Source: an uncultured delta proteobacterium (lineage in GTDB: Bacteria; Myxococcota_A; Polyangia; Fen-1088). From it: a DNA stretch of 64,000 nt. The notes beneath the pieces are model-generated. The model searched no databases. It was not told the DNA's origin and saw nothing but the letters and a program-made list of their open reading frames with translations. Made by a program: the position numbers and the translations under genes. Within the stretch, counting starts at the first letter, position 1, and each line of letters begins with the position of its first letter. The stretch covers positions 992,001-1,056,000 of the forward strand of contig CAVYGB010000008.1 in assembly GCA_963767925.1 (NCBI GenBank). The letters run 5' to 3'. Positions 27,886-39,685 of the stretch are shown piece by piece.

Positions 27886-29709
27886 ATGATTCGCCGTCCG
27901 TCCACCCGCTTCGGCAAACTCTTCCTGGGCGCCGCGGCGCTCGCGCTCGGCCTGGGATGCTCCGACCTCCCGCCCGCCGCCAGCGAAGCCCCCACCGATG
28001 GCTCCCTCGTCGGCGAGCTCACGGCCTACATGGTCGACTACGAGAACGACAACCGCAGTGAGATCGTCCACAAGCTGCTGCAGGAGTCGGGGACCGAGCG
28101 GACGCTGCTTTTCGACACCCAGCCCGATCTCGCGCCGGGCACCCGCCTCCAGGTCTGGGCCACCGAAGAGGGCGAGGCCCTGCGGGTCACCCGCTTCCGG
28201 ACGCTGCCCGACAACAACCCGACCGAGGTCCAGCAGCAGGCGCTGCTCAACGGCACGCCCAAGCCGACCCGGCGCTGGGCCTTCATCCTGGTGAACTTCG
28301 GAACCGGCGTGAACATCACCGAGCAGGCCATCACGCCCCGGCTCTTCGATCCGATGCTGCCGAGCTCGATCCGCTCGTATTTCCGGGAGGTCTCCTACGG
28401 CCTGCAGGATCTCGACGGCGAGGTGTTCTCGTTCACCACCACCGCCAACGGTGCCTGCGACACCGGGGTGGCGCAGCGGCTGCGCCCCATGATCGAGGGC
28501 CAGTTCAGCCAGTACCTCTGGTACTTCGGGCAGCGGCAGACCGGCTGCGGCTGGGCCGGTCTGGCCCAGCTCGGGTCGGCGACCCGGCCCTCGCGCGATA
28601 GCTGGTACAACGCCAGCAACGGCTGCGTCGTCCTCGTCCAGGAGCCGGGACACAACTTCGGGATGGTCCACTCCTCGGCCATCCGCTGCACGCGCGACGG
28701 CGCCGTCGTGCCCCTCACCCTCCCCGGCGAGGCGGGCGCCGTCTGCACGCACAACGAATACGGCAACCCCTACGACCCGATGGGCCGCGGCTGCTACCAC
28801 ATGAACGGGCCCCAGAAGGCGTATCAGGACTGGCTGTCGGGCTGCAACGTGGTCAAGGTCGGCTCGAGCGGCACCTTCACCCTGTTCCCGATCGAGAAGG
28901 CCTGCAACGGCGTGCAGCTCCTCCAGATCCCGTTGCCCGCCCCGCGCACCATGCGCATCGGGAACATCAGCGCCGTCATCACCAGCTATTACCTCGAGCT
29001 CCGGACGCCGGTGGGCTTCGACTTCAAGCCCCAGGCCGGCGCCAGCTTGACCCCCCGGGTGCTCGTCACCATCGGTGGCGACGTGCGGGGAGCCAACCAG
29101 GCGGGCGGCCGCAACTGGCTGCTCGACATGACGCCCGAGACCGCCATGAACGTCGGCGACTCGGCCCTGCCGGTCGGTCGCCTCTACACCGACCCCGGCG
29201 AGGGCGGTCCGAAGTTCACGGTGGTCTCTGCCGACATGGAGAAGGCCGTCATCCGCGTCGAGCTCGCCGGCGGTGGCGGCTCGGCCGACGAGCCCGGCAC
29301 GGGGACCTGCGACGGCGCCAACCCGATGCCCTTCACCGCGCCGGGACCGGCCACCTGCAACGCCGCCCCGGCCACGCCGGCGGCGCCTGCCACCGACGCC
29401 GGGGCGCCCCCACCGGCCATGCCCGACGCCGCGCCCCCGCCGCCCGCCACGCCCGACGCCGGTCCGCCGGTCGGCGGCATCGACAACCCGGGTGTTCCGG
29501 CTCCGAGCGTCAACCCGCCGCCCCCGCCGTCCCCGTCCCCGCCCATGAGCGCCCCCGGCTCGCCCCCGGCGCCGACGACGCCCGATCCCGAGCCCGTCCA
29601 GGCCGGCTGCAGCTGCAGCACCGGCCCGGGTCCGTCCAGCGGGGGAACCGTCGCCCTCGGTGGCCTGCTGGCCATCGCCCTGCTGGTCCGCCGCCGCCGC
29701 CGTCTCTGA
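27886..29709 (+). CDS. M11 (gametolysin)-like zinc metallopeptidase, lipoprotein with Pro-rich linker and MYXO-CTERM
   Basis: RBS AGGAGA; lipobox LGLGC; QEPGHNFGMVH and EYGNPYDPMG; C-terminal GCSCS..hydrophobic..RRRRR. Confidence 0.85.
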   Translation: MIRRPSTRFGKLFLGAAALALGLGCSDLPPAASEAPTDGSLVGELTAYMVDYENDNRSEIVHKLLQESGTERTLLFDTQPDLAPGTRLQVWATEEGEALRVTRFRTLPDNNPTEVQQQALLNGTPKPTRRWAFILVNFGTGVNITEQAITPRLFDPMLPSSIRSYFREVSYGLQDLDGEVFSFTTTANGACDTGVAQRLRPMIEGQFSQYLWYFGQRQTGCGWAGLAQLGSATRPSRDSWYNASNGCVVLVQEPGHNFGMVHSSAIRCTRDGAVVPLTLPGEAGAVCTHNEYGNPYDPMGRGCYHMNGPQKAYQDWLSGCNVVKVGSSGTFTLFPIEKACNGVQLLQIPLPAPRTMRIGNISAVITSYYLELRTPVGFDFKPQAGASLTPRVLVTIGGDVRGANQAGGRNWLLDMTPETAMNVGDSALPVGRLYTDPGEGGPKFTVVSADMEKAVIRVELAGGGGSADEPGTGTCDGANPMPFTAPGPATCNAAPATPAAPATDAGAPPPAMPDAAPPPPATPDAGPPVGGIDNPGVPAPSVNPPPPPSPSPPMSAPGSPPAPTTPDPEPVQAGCSCSTGPGPSSGGTVALGGLLAIALLVRRRRRL

Positions 29710-29720
29710 AACGCGGTCTC

Positions 29721-29765
29721 CCGGGGGAGGGGTAGGGGGCGGGCCGCCTCCCACCCACTCCCCGG
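29721..29765. other. Imperfect GC-rich hairpin with G-quadruplex-like left arm
   Basis: G5-A-G4-TA-G5-C-G3 at 29723-29743, with a partly complementary C-rich arm at 29744-29765. Confidence 0.35.
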
Positions 29766-29894
29766 TCCGTCTCGCGGCCCCACGCGCCTTGTCGCGTGGG
29801 CTGGATCTGCGCTCAAGTCGGGGGGGGAAACACCGATTTAAGCACGAGCCACGCGGCGGGAGTCACTCGGCGCTCGGCGATCCGGGAGGAGAGC

Positions 29895-31831
29895 TTGGGG
29901 CGGAGCAGGACATTGGGACGCGGTGCCGCGGCGCTGATCGTTCTCGGCGCCACGGTCGGGTCCATCTTGCTCGTGGGCGACGTCGGCCGGCAGCAGGGCG
30001 CCGGCGAGCTGCAGGTGGCGGTCGAGGCGCGCAGCAAGCAGCTGCGCGAGGTGCTCAACAACCACCTCGCCGCGCTCGAGCTCAAGGCCCAGAGTGCGGC
30101 CAGCAGCCCCCGGCTCGTGGCCGCGCTCTCCGGACGGGTCAGCCACGAGACCCTGCGGGATCTGTTCCAGACCGAGTCCTGGTGGCTGCCGGTCCGGGAG
30201 TCGTTCAGTCACACCTACCTGGTGCCGCCGGGACAGGGGCCGGTCTTCATCAGCGGCAAGCGGGACCTCGGCTTTCCGAGCGGCCCCCTCGTCAGCCGGG
30301 CGCTCGACGGCCGCCGGGCGGTGAGCGCCGTGCTGGCGGCCGACGGCTGGCCGTACGCCGCCGTCGTGGTGCCGGTGCTGCTGCCCAACGCTGCCCAGTC
30401 ACCTCTCTTGCTGCTGGCCGAGCCCATCGAAGCCGGGTTCATGGGCAAGCTGGCCGAGCGGACCGGGGCGGCGGTGGTGTTCAGCGACGGCGCCCGGGCC
30501 CTCCTGGGGGCCGGCCGATCCGTCGAATCGACCCACCTGCGCCAGGCCATCGGGCACGAGGCGGGGGCGGGGCTCCGGCCGGTCGAGGGCGAGCGCGGGG
30601 CGGCGGTGGCGGTCGTCGGCGTGGCGGATCGGTTCTGGCTCCTGGGCTACGTCGACGCCGGCCCGGCGGTGGCCCGGGCGGGGGCGGCCTATGCCGCCAT
30701 CCGGATCGCGGTCGGCGCGGTCGGCGGCGCGACCTTCCTCCTGCTCCTCTGGTGGCTCTGGCGCGGCACGCACCCCGCCGCCATCGTCCCGGTCCTGGCC
30801 GAGTCGGCGACCTTCCCCGCCGAGAGCAGCACCGCCGGACGCTATGTGCTCATCAACCGCCTGGGCGGCGGGGGGATGGCCGAGGTGCACCTCGCCCTCT
30901 CGGTCGGCGAGCGCGGCTTCCGGCGCCCCTGCGTGGTCAAGCGGCTGCGCCCGGAGCTGGTGGCCAATCCGGTGGCGGTGGCCCAGTTCACCGATGAGGC
31001 GACCCTGGCCTCCTCCCTGGTTCACGCCAACATCGTCCCGATCTTCGACTTCACGAAGGTGGGCACTGACTATCTGCTCGTCGAGGAGTACATCGTGGGC
31101 CGGGATCTCGGCCGGGTGGTGCGGCGGGCGGTCACCCAGGGCATCCAGCTCTCGATGGGCATCGTCGCCCACATCGGGGTGGAGGCCTGCAAGGCGCTCG
31201 ACTACGCCCACGCCAAGCGCGACCACGACGGACTGCCCCTGGGGATCGTTCATCGGGACGTCTCGCCCGAGAACATCATGGTCACCATCCGGGGAGAGGT
31301 GCAGCTCCTCGACTTCGGGGTCATGAAGGTGAGCCATGGTCGGGGTGGCCGCACCGAGATCGGCGAGCTCAAGGGGAACCTCACCTTCATGGCCCCCGAG
31401 CAGGCGCGCGGTCAGGACGTCGACGCCCGGGCCGATCTCTTCTCGCTCGCCTCGGTCCTCTGCTTCTGCCTGCTCGGCGAGGCGCTGTACGGCAACGAGA
31501 CCGGCTACGACCTGCTGGTCAAGGCCGCCTCGGGCCCGGGCCCCGAGGAGCTGCGCAAGATCGCCGCCCTGCCGGCCCCCCTGAACCAGGTGCTGGGCCG
31601 GGCCCTCTCGCCCAGGCGCGAGGACCGCTACCCCCATGCCCTCTCCTTCGCCGAGGCCCTGCTCCCCCTGGCCGCGCCGGCCGAGGGCAACATCGGCGCC
31701 CTCGTCGTCGAGCTGTTCGGGGAAGAGCTCAATCAGGAGCAGCAGCAGCTCTCCGCCACCTCGACCTCGCTCAAGGCGATCGGGCGCCCCCCCCAGGCCC
31801 CTCTATCCCCGGTCCAGGGAGACATCCGGCG

Positions 31832-31835
<4 letters not shown>
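29895..31835 (+). CDS. Membrane Ser/Thr kinase with extracytoplasmic sensor domain (paralog of 5165..7147)
   Basis: RBS GGGAGGAG then TTG 29895. LGGGGMAEV, VVKRL, HRDVSPEN, DFG and FMAPEQ; shares ETLRD.F.TESWW with the first sensor kinase. Confidence 0.9.
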
Positions 31836-33367
<1,532 letters not shown>

Positions 33368-33420
33368 GCAAGCCCCGACTGGACGAAACGCCGGGTTCCT
33401 GAGGTATAAGGGCGACCCTT

Positions 33421-34290
33421 TTGTCGCCCTACACGCCCCCCGCTACGCAGTCCGACGAGATCGCGGCGCCGCTGACCGATCTCGGGCGGCTCTGCATCCA
33501 CACCGTCACCACCAAACCCTGGGCCCTCGAGCCAGCCTCCGAGGCCTTCGCCGCCGCCGGAGTCAAGGGCATCACCGTGTGGCGGGACGCCCTCGGCGAT
33601 CGGGATCCGGTCGCGGCCGGCGCCCGCCTGCGCGGCCTGGGCCTCGAGATCGTCTCCCTCTGTCGGGGCGGCTTCTTCCCCCACCGGGAGTCGAGCGGCC
33701 GCCAGAAGGCCCTCGACGACAACCGCAAGGCCATCGACGAGGCCGCCGCCCTCGGCGCCCCCATCGTCGTGCTGGTGTGCGGGGCGGTCCCCGGGCAGCC
33801 CCTGGCCACCTCCCGCGACCAGATCCGGGCGGGCATCGAGGCGGTGCTCCCGCACGCCGAGGCCAGCGGTGTCCGCCTGGCCATCGAGCCGCTCCATCCG
33901 ATGTACGCCGATGACCGCTCGGCCATCAGCACGCTCGGTCAGGCCAACGACCTGGCCGAGGCCATCGGCTCCCCCCAGGTCGGGGTGGCGGTCGACGTCT
34001 ACCACCTGTGGTGGGATCCGGCCCTGGAGGCCGAGATCGCCCGCTGTGGCCGCAACGGCCACCTGTTCGCCTTCCACGTTTGCGACTGGAAGACCCCCAC
34101 CGAGGATCTGCTCCTGGATCGCGGCCTGCCCGGCGAGGGCTGCATCGACCTGCGCCGCATCCGGCGCTGGGCCGAGGCAGCCGGGTTTCGCGGATTCAAC
34201 GAGGTGGAGGTCTTTTCCCGGAAGCACTGGGCGAGCGACCAGGGAGAGTTGCTCAAGAAGATCACGCGCTCATATCTGGAGCACGTCTAG
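33421..34290 (+). CDS. Sugar phosphate isomerase/epimerase (xylose isomerase-like TIM barrel)
   Basis: SLCRGGFF, LAIEPLHPM, DVYHLWWD, FHVCDW, DRGLPGEG and EVEVF. Confidence 0.9.
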   Translation: MSPYTPPATQSDEIAAPLTDLGRLCIHTVTTKPWALEPASEAFAAAGVKGITVWRDALGDRDPVAAGARLRGLGLEIVSLCRGGFFPHRESSGRQKALDDNRKAIDEAAALGAPIVVLVCGAVPGQPLATSRDQIRAGIEAVLPHAEASGVRLAIEPLHPMYADDRSAISTLGQANDLAEAIGSPQVGVAVDVYHLWWDPALEAEIARCGRNGHLFAFHVCDWKTPTEDLLLDRGLPGEGCIDLRRIRRWAEAAGFRGFNEVEVFSRKHWASDQGELLKKITRSYLEHV

Positions 34291-34299
34291 GACGGTGAC

Positions 34300-35445
34300 A
34301 TGAAGACACACAAGATCGGGATCATCATGAACGGCGTGACCGGCCGCATGGGCACGAACCAGCACCTGCTGCGTTCGATCGCGGCCATCATCCGCCAGGG
34401 GGGTGTGGCGGTGGGCTCCGACGAGACCATCCTGCCCGAGCCGATTCTCGTCGGCCGCAACGTGGACAAGCTGCGCAAGCTGTGCGAGGCGGCCGGCGTC
34501 GAGAAGATGACCACCGACCTCGACAGTGTCCTCGGCGACCCCAAGTACCAGATCTACTTCGACGCCCAGACCACCGGGCGGCGCGCCGAGGGCGTGCGCA
34601 AGGCGGTGGCGGCCAAGAAACACGTCTACTGCGAGAAGCCCACGGCGGTCGACACGAAGACCGCCCTCGAGCTTTACCAGCTCGCGACGAAGGCGGGCGT
34701 CAAGAACGGGGTCGTGCAAGACAAGCTCTGGCTGCCCGGTCTGGTGAAGCTGCGCCGGCTCAAGGAGAAGGGCTTCTTCGGGAAGATCCTCTCGGTCCAG
34801 GGCTCCTTCGGCTACTGGGTGTTCGAGGGCGACACCGTGCCGGCCCAGCGCCCCTCCTGGAACTACCGCAAAGAGGACGACGGCGGGATCATCGTGGACA
34901 TGCTCTGCCACTGGCGCTACGTGCTCGACAACCTGTTCGGCAGCGTCAAGGCGGTGAGCTGCCTGGGGGCCACCCACATCCCCGAGCGGGTCGACGAGCA
35001 GGGCAAGCGCTACAGGTGCACGGCCGACGACGCGGCCTACGCCACCTTCGAGCTCGAGGGCGGCGTCATCGCCCAGTTCAACTCCTCCTGGACCACCCGG
35101 GTGCGGCGCGACGACCTGCTGACCTTGCAGGTCGATGGCAGCCTCGGCTCGGCGGTGGCGGGGCTGCGCGAGTGCTGGGTCCAGCCTTACGGGGCCACCC
35201 CGCGCCCGGTCTGGAACCCCGACGTGCCCCAGCCGATCGACTTCATGAACGGCTGGGCCAAGCTGCCCGACCAGGAGACCTACGACAACGCCTTCAAGGT
35301 GCAGTGGGAGATGTTCCTGCGCCACGTGGTCAAGGACGAGCCCTTCCGCTTCAGCCTCAAGGAAGGGGCCAGGGGCGTTCAGCTCGCCGAGCTGGGGCTC
35401 GAGAGCTGGTCCAAGCGAGCCTGGGTCTCGGTCCCCGAGCTCTGA
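34300..35445 (+). CDS. Gfo/Idh/MocA family oxidoreductase
   Basis: NGVTGRMG, KHVYCEKP, GGIIVDMLCHW and DDAAY. Confidence 0.92.
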   Translation: MKTHKIGIIMNGVTGRMGTNQHLLRSIAAIIRQGGVAVGSDETILPEPILVGRNVDKLRKLCEAAGVEKMTTDLDSVLGDPKYQIYFDAQTTGRRAEGVRKAVAAKKHVYCEKPTAVDTKTALELYQLATKAGVKNGVVQDKLWLPGLVKLRRLKEKGFFGKILSVQGSFGYWVFEGDTVPAQRPSWNYRKEDDGGIIVDMLCHWRYVLDNLFGSVKAVSCLGATHIPERVDEQGKRYRCTADDAAYATFELEGGVIAQFNSSWTTRVRRDDLLTLQVDGSLGSAVAGLRECWVQPYGATPRPVWNPDVPQPIDFMNGWAKLPDQETYDNAFKVQWEMFLRHVVKDEPFRFSLKEGARGVQLAELGLESWSKRAWVSVPEL

Positions 35446-36074
35446 TCCTGGGTCCGACTCTCCATCCAGCTCCGGGCGCGGTTGAAGCGCCGGCGCACGG
35501 TGGAGATCGACAGCTCGGTCAGGCGGGCGATCTCCGGCAGATCGCAGCCGTGTAACACGCGCAGGAGGTAGATCTCCCCGTCCTGGCCCAGCTCCTCGAG
35601 CAGGCGGCCCATGGCGGCGGCGCTGGCTCCCCGTTCCGGGCCGGCACCGTCGTCGGTCTGCCGCTGCCGGAAGTGCGTCTCCACCAGGCCGCGTAGCGAG
35701 CGCTGCACATGACGCCGGCGGATCTCCTCGCGGGCCCGCCGGAAGGCGATGCCGACAACGAAGAAGCGCAGCGACTCCGGGCTGCGCAGGCTCGTGATGC
35801 GGTGGAAGAAGCGGGCGAACACGTCCTGGGTCAGGTCGGCGATGTCGTCGCTGGCGCCCAGCATCCGGCGGAGCGTCCCCTGGACCATGGGCCGGAAGCG
35901 CAGCCAGGCGGCGGCGGCGGCGGCGCTCTCACCGTTCATCAGGGCGCGGGCCAGGGCGGCGTCGTCGGCGAAGGCCGCCTTGCTGTCTCCGGAGGTCCGT
36001 CCCGCCGCCCCGTTTCCGTCAGCCGAGGAGTAATACACAACACGTATGATAGGACGAAATGTCCTACACGCCAC
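35379..36074 (-). CDS. ECF-type RNA polymerase sigma factor
   Basis: Region 2 DIADLTQDVFARF..LRFFVVGIA; region 4 LPEIARLTELSISTVRRRFNRAR. Start uncertain. Confidence 0.82.
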   Translation of the reverse strand: MACRTFRPIIRVVYYSSADGNGAAGRTSGDSKAAFADDAALARALMNGESAAAAAAWLRFRPMVQGTLRRMLGASDDIADLTQDVFARFFHRITSLRSPESLRFFVVGIAFRRAREEIRRRHVQRSLRGLVETHFRQRQTDDGAGPERGASAAAMGRLLEELGQDGEIYLLRVLHGCDLPEIARLTELSISTVRRRFNRARSWMESRTQDQSSGTETQARLDQLSSPSSAS

Positions 36075-36184
36075 TTCGGCTGACGATGAAAACGTATTCT
36101 ACATGACAGATGCCCACCCGCCGTCGGGAGCCCCGTGCCGGGTCGCGGCCCCTTTTAGACCAGGGCGCAAAGCGTCGCGACCGG

Positions 36185-38188
36185 TCACGGCGCGGCGGCG
36201 GCCGCCGCCGCAGGTGCGGCGACCGCTGGCGTGGGCGCCGCGGTGGGCGCTGGCGCCGTCTCCTCCCCGCCGCCGCTCATCTTCTCGCGCGCGCGACGCT
36301 GCCGGGCCCGGATCGACCCGTCGCCAGGGGCCAGCGCCATGGCGCCCGCATATGACTCGAGGGCGTCCTTGAACTTCCGCAGCTTGAAGTAGGCGTCGCC
36401 GATGAGCGCTCGGGTGCTGGCATCTTTGGGGGCCAGGGAGGCGGCCTTGCGCGCGTGGCCCAGCGCCCTGCTGTACCGGGCCAGCTCGAACTCGGCCTCG
36501 GCCAGGGCCTTGAGCGCCTCGTGGCTGGACGGCGCGGCGAGCACGGCGACCTCCAGCTCCTGCACCGCGAGGATGTATTCGCCGGTGCGCAGGGCCTGCA
36601 CCCCCCGGCTCAGGGCGCGGCGGCCCCGGCCGGGATCGACCGTGCTCGAGGCCCGGGAGCCAGAGTCCTCCCGGCGGGCGCGCGCCGGTGCCGTTGCCGG
36701 TGCACGCGCGGGAGTCGGCGCAGGTGGGGGCGCCGCCTCGACGACCTCCGGCTCGGGCGCTGGCTCGGTCAGCGGCGGCGCTGCCGGCTCCTGGCGGGGC
36801 CGCAGGGGGGGCGTGGTGGCCGGCTCGATCTCGATGCCGGCCTGGGAGGTTGCCGCCTCGATCAGCTCCGGGATCGCCGGGCCGGAGGGGGCATCCGGCG
36901 AGCCGGGGTTGACCGCCGCCAAGGTGGCGACCGGAGCCTTGTTCCAGAGCATCCCGGGGCGGGCCCCCGGCACGGCGAGCGTCACCGCCGCCAGGGCCCC
37001 CACGGTCATCAGCCCGGCCGCCGAGACCTGCAGCAAGCGCCGGCGCCGATGTCGCCCGGCGAGCTCGGCCAGGCGGTGCACCGAGCTCACCGTGGCGTAG
37101 TCGTTCACGGTGTCGTCCTCGTCGACCATCGGAGCGGCCGCGGGGGGCACCGACTCGCTCGGGGGGGCGCTGCCGCGGGTCGCGGCGGCCGGCGGCCGCA
37201 GAGCCGACGCCTCGCCGATCAGGGGAAGCTCCCGGGCCGAGTCCTCGCCGGCGAACAGCTCCTCGAGCAGCCGGACCACCGACTCGGGCGAGAAGCGACA
37301 CTCACGCAGGTAGTCTTCCAGCTCGAGCGCCATCGACGCCGCGTCGGGGTAGCGCCCGTCGAGGCTGCGGCTGAGGGCGCGCGCGGTGATGGTGTCGAGC
37401 GCGGGCGGCACGCCCCGGCAGATCTCCGAGGGCCTCGGGATCACCCGATGCAGCACGTTGCGCATCGTCTCGAGGTCGTTGGGGTCGTAAAATAGCCGCA
37501 GCCCCGTCAGACACTCCCAGAGCACGACCCCCAGCGAGAAGACGTCGGAGCGGGCGTCGACGCCCTGTCCCCGCACCTGCTCGGGCGACAGGTAGGAGAG
37601 CTTGCCCTTGACCAGCCCGCCGATGGGCGTCACCGAGCGCAGCTTCATCGTCGCCCGGGCGATCCCGAAGTCGAGCAGCTTCACGCCGCCGGTTCGCAGC
37701 AGCATGATGTTCGAGGGGCTGACGTCGCGGTGGACGATACCGAGGGGCTTGCCCTGATTGGTGAGAGAGTGGGCGTGGTGGAGCCCCCGCGCCACCTCCC
37801 GCGCCACGTAGCCCGCGAGGTCGGCGGGCATCTCGGCGCCCTGGCTGCGCAGGCGGCGTCCCAGCGCCAGCAGGTTGCGCCCACGCAGGTACTCCATGGC
37901 CAGGAAGTAGTCCCCCTCGACCTGACCGAAGTCATAGACCTGGACGATGTTCGGGTGCTCGAGCAGCGCCGAGATGCGCGCTTCGTTGATGAACATCTCG
38001 ACGAACTCTCGCGAGGTCGCCTTCTCCTGGCGGATGCGCTTGATGACGAACTGTCGCTGGAACCCGCCCGGGCCCTGAGTCACCGCCCGGTAAACCTCCG
38101 CCATGCCGCCGCGATCGATCGCCTCGAGCAGGATGTACCGCCCGAACCGCCGACCGGCGGGCTCAGAGGACGAGCCATTGCCGTTCAC
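36185..38188 (-). CDS. Ser/Thr kinase with TM helix and C-terminal TPR repeats
   Basis: IDRGGMAEVY, VIKR, HRDVSPSN, DFG and YLSPEQ; TPR-like ALAEAEFELARYSRAL and LIGDAYFKLRKFKDAL. Confidence 0.92.
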   Translation of the reverse strand: MNGNGSSSEPAGRRFGRYILLEAIDRGGMAEVYRAVTQGPGGFQRQFVIKRIRQEKATSREFVEMFINEARISALLEHPNIVQVYDFGQVEGDYFLAMEYLRGRNLLALGRRLRSQGAEMPADLAGYVAREVARGLHHAHSLTNQGKPLGIVHRDVSPSNIMLLRTGGVKLLDFGIARATMKLRSVTPIGGLVKGKLSYLSPEQVRGQGVDARSDVFSLGVVLWECLTGLRLFYDPNDLETMRNVLHRVIPRPSEICRGVPPALDTITARALSRSLDGRYPDAASMALELEDYLRECRFSPESVVRLLEELFAGEDSARELPLIGEASALRPPAAATRGSAPPSESVPPAAAPMVDEDDTVNDYATVSSVHRLAELAGRHRRRRLLQVSAAGLMTVGALAAVTLAVPGARPGMLWNKAPVATLAAVNPGSPDAPSGPAIPELIEAATSQAGIEIEPATTPPLRPRQEPAAPPLTEPAPEPEVVEAAPPPAPTPARAPATAPARARREDSGSRASSTVDPGRGRRALSRGVQALRTGEYILAVQELEVAVLAAPSSHEALKALAEAEFELARYSRALGHARKAASLAPKDASTRALIGDAYFKLRKFKDALESYAGAMALAPGDGSIRARQRRAREKMSGGGEETAPAPTAAPTPAVAAPAAAAAAAP

Positions 38189-38204
38189 GGCCCTACTATC
38201 GGCA

Positions 38205-38215
38205 GTAACCGTTAC
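38205..38215. promoter_or_regulatory. Palindromic operator-like site
   Basis: GTAAC-C-GTTAC in an AT-rich stretch just upstream of the kinase start. Confidence 0.3.
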
Positions 38216-38225
38216 ATCTTTTATT

Positions 38226-38261
38226 AAGAAAACAATCGACGTCCGGCCACACCCGGACGTC
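38226..38261 (-). terminator. Putative intrinsic terminator
   Basis: Perfect 9-bp stem GACGTCCGG-N6-CCGGACGTC (38238-38261), followed on the minus strand by GATTGTTTTCTT; lies downstream of 38333..38986. Confidence 0.45.
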
Positions 38262-38332
38262 CGTACGCAGAATTCCCGCGAAAACCGAGCACCGGCGCGA
38301 CGTTGCCAGGTCGCGGCAGAGGCCCCGACGCT

Positions 38333-38986
38333 TCAGGACCCGACGGTGAACGTCACGGGCTGGGTCGATCGGAAGGGCCCGCTGGTGACCCGACCGCCCG
38401 TCAGGCCCGCGCGGATCAGGGTCAACGTGAGGGTCTGACCGGCCCGTCCTTCCAGGGCTTTTCGCCAGGCCTCGGCCCGCGGGGTGAAAGACGTGACCGA
38501 CGCAACCGCCGTGTAGACCGAGCCGGGATCGCCCACTCGACTGAGACGGAACAGGAAATTGTCGCCGGTCACCCCCGGGCAGTGGGCGTATGCCGTGCCG
38601 ATGGGGGCGAGCCAGGTCAGCACCCGGCGCCACAGAGGGCGGTGGGGTGGGGCCGTGGGGAGCACCGGGCCAGGGGCCGGCCCGAGGCGGGCCATGGGCG
38701 CGTTGAGCACGAAGGTGGGAGGGGTCGCCGCAGAGAGGGTCGTCCCCGAGGCGGGTGTCATGAGGGTGGCGGCCTCCGCGTCCTTGGCCTCGACCTCGCC
38801 GGCCGTCTCCTTGTCGAGGATGGCGCGGTAGCTCTCGTCGGTGGCGTAGACGGTCACCCCTCCGGGGGCGTCGTCGCAGGAGAAGAAGTAGTCGCTGGCG
38901 TCGTCGCCGCCGCTGCCGTGATCGTCGCAGGAGGAAACCAGCAGGGCGCCCGCGAGCAGCCAGAGCACCGGTTGGCGGGTTGTCAT
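38333..38986 (-). CDS. Hypothetical lipoprotein
   Basis: Lipobox LVSSC; beta-rich C-terminal region. Confidence 0.7.
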   Translation of the reverse strand: MTTRQPVLWLLAGALLVSSCDDHGSGGDDASDYFFSCDDAPGGVTVYATDESYRAILDKETAGEVEAKDAEAATLMTPASGTTLSAATPPTFVLNAPMARLGPAPGPVLPTAPPHRPLWRRVLTWLAPIGTAYAHCPGVTGDNFLFRLSRVGDPGSVYTAVASVTSFTPRAEAWRKALEGRAGQTLTLTLIRAGLTGGRVTSGPFRSTQPVTFTVGS

Positions 38987-39067
38987 GTCCGGAAATCTGC
39001 CCCAGGAGACCCCTGGCGTCCAGGCTCGCGCCGCCGTGTTACCTTGCCGGCCGGAGGAGAAACCTGG

Positions 39068-39685
39068 ATGAGCGCATACCGATTGGCGCTGACCTGCACC
39101 CTGGCCCTCGTCGCGGCCGGCGCCGCCTGCAAACGCGACAAGGCCGCGAGCGCGCCCGCCGAGGCGGTCTCGAGCCAGGGTGCCCCCGCGTCGCCGGCCA
39201 CCCCGCCGCCGAGCGCGCCCACCCCCGCCGACGACGAGACCGTGCCCGCCGCGCCCTCCTCGAAGGAGACGGTCAGCGGCACCATCACGGTGCCCGCTTC
39301 TCGCCGCGAGGGGCTGGCCAGGACGGACATCGTGTTCATCATCGCCCGCCGGGCCGGCGCCCCGCCGGGACCGGGGTCAATGATCGCGGTGCAGAAGCAC
39401 CCGCTCGGCGAGTTTCCCATGCCCTTCACCCTCAGCGGCCGCGACTCCATGTTGCCGGGTCGGCCGTTCGACGGCCGGATCGACCTCACCGTTCGCATCG
39501 ACAAGGACGGCGACGGCCTCACCCGCAAGAAGGGGGACCTGCACGGGCAGGCCAACGACATCGCGGTCGGCACCCAGGACCTCGCGATCTCGGTGGACAC
39601 GCTGCAGACCGAGGACCAGGTCCTGCCGGGCCTGCCTCCGGGAGAGGCGCGCCGGACCCGGCGGCCATCCCTGGCCCATCCCTGA
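39068..39685 (+). CDS. Lipoprotein with CcmI/CycH C-terminal-like Ig domain
   Basis: RBS GGAGGAG; lipobox GAAC; VSGTITV..VFIIAR..FPMPFTLS..DSM..RIDKDGD..GDL. Confidence 0.75.
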   Translation: MSAYRLALTCTLALVAAGAACKRDKAASAPAEAVSSQGAPASPATPPPSAPTPADDETVPAAPSSKETVSGTITVPASRREGLARTDIVFIIARRAGAPPGPGSMIAVQKHPLGEFPMPFTLSGRDSMLPGRPFDGRIDLTVRIDKDGDGLTRKKGDLHGQANDIAVGTQDLAISVDTLQTEDQVLPGLPPGEARRTRRPSLAHP

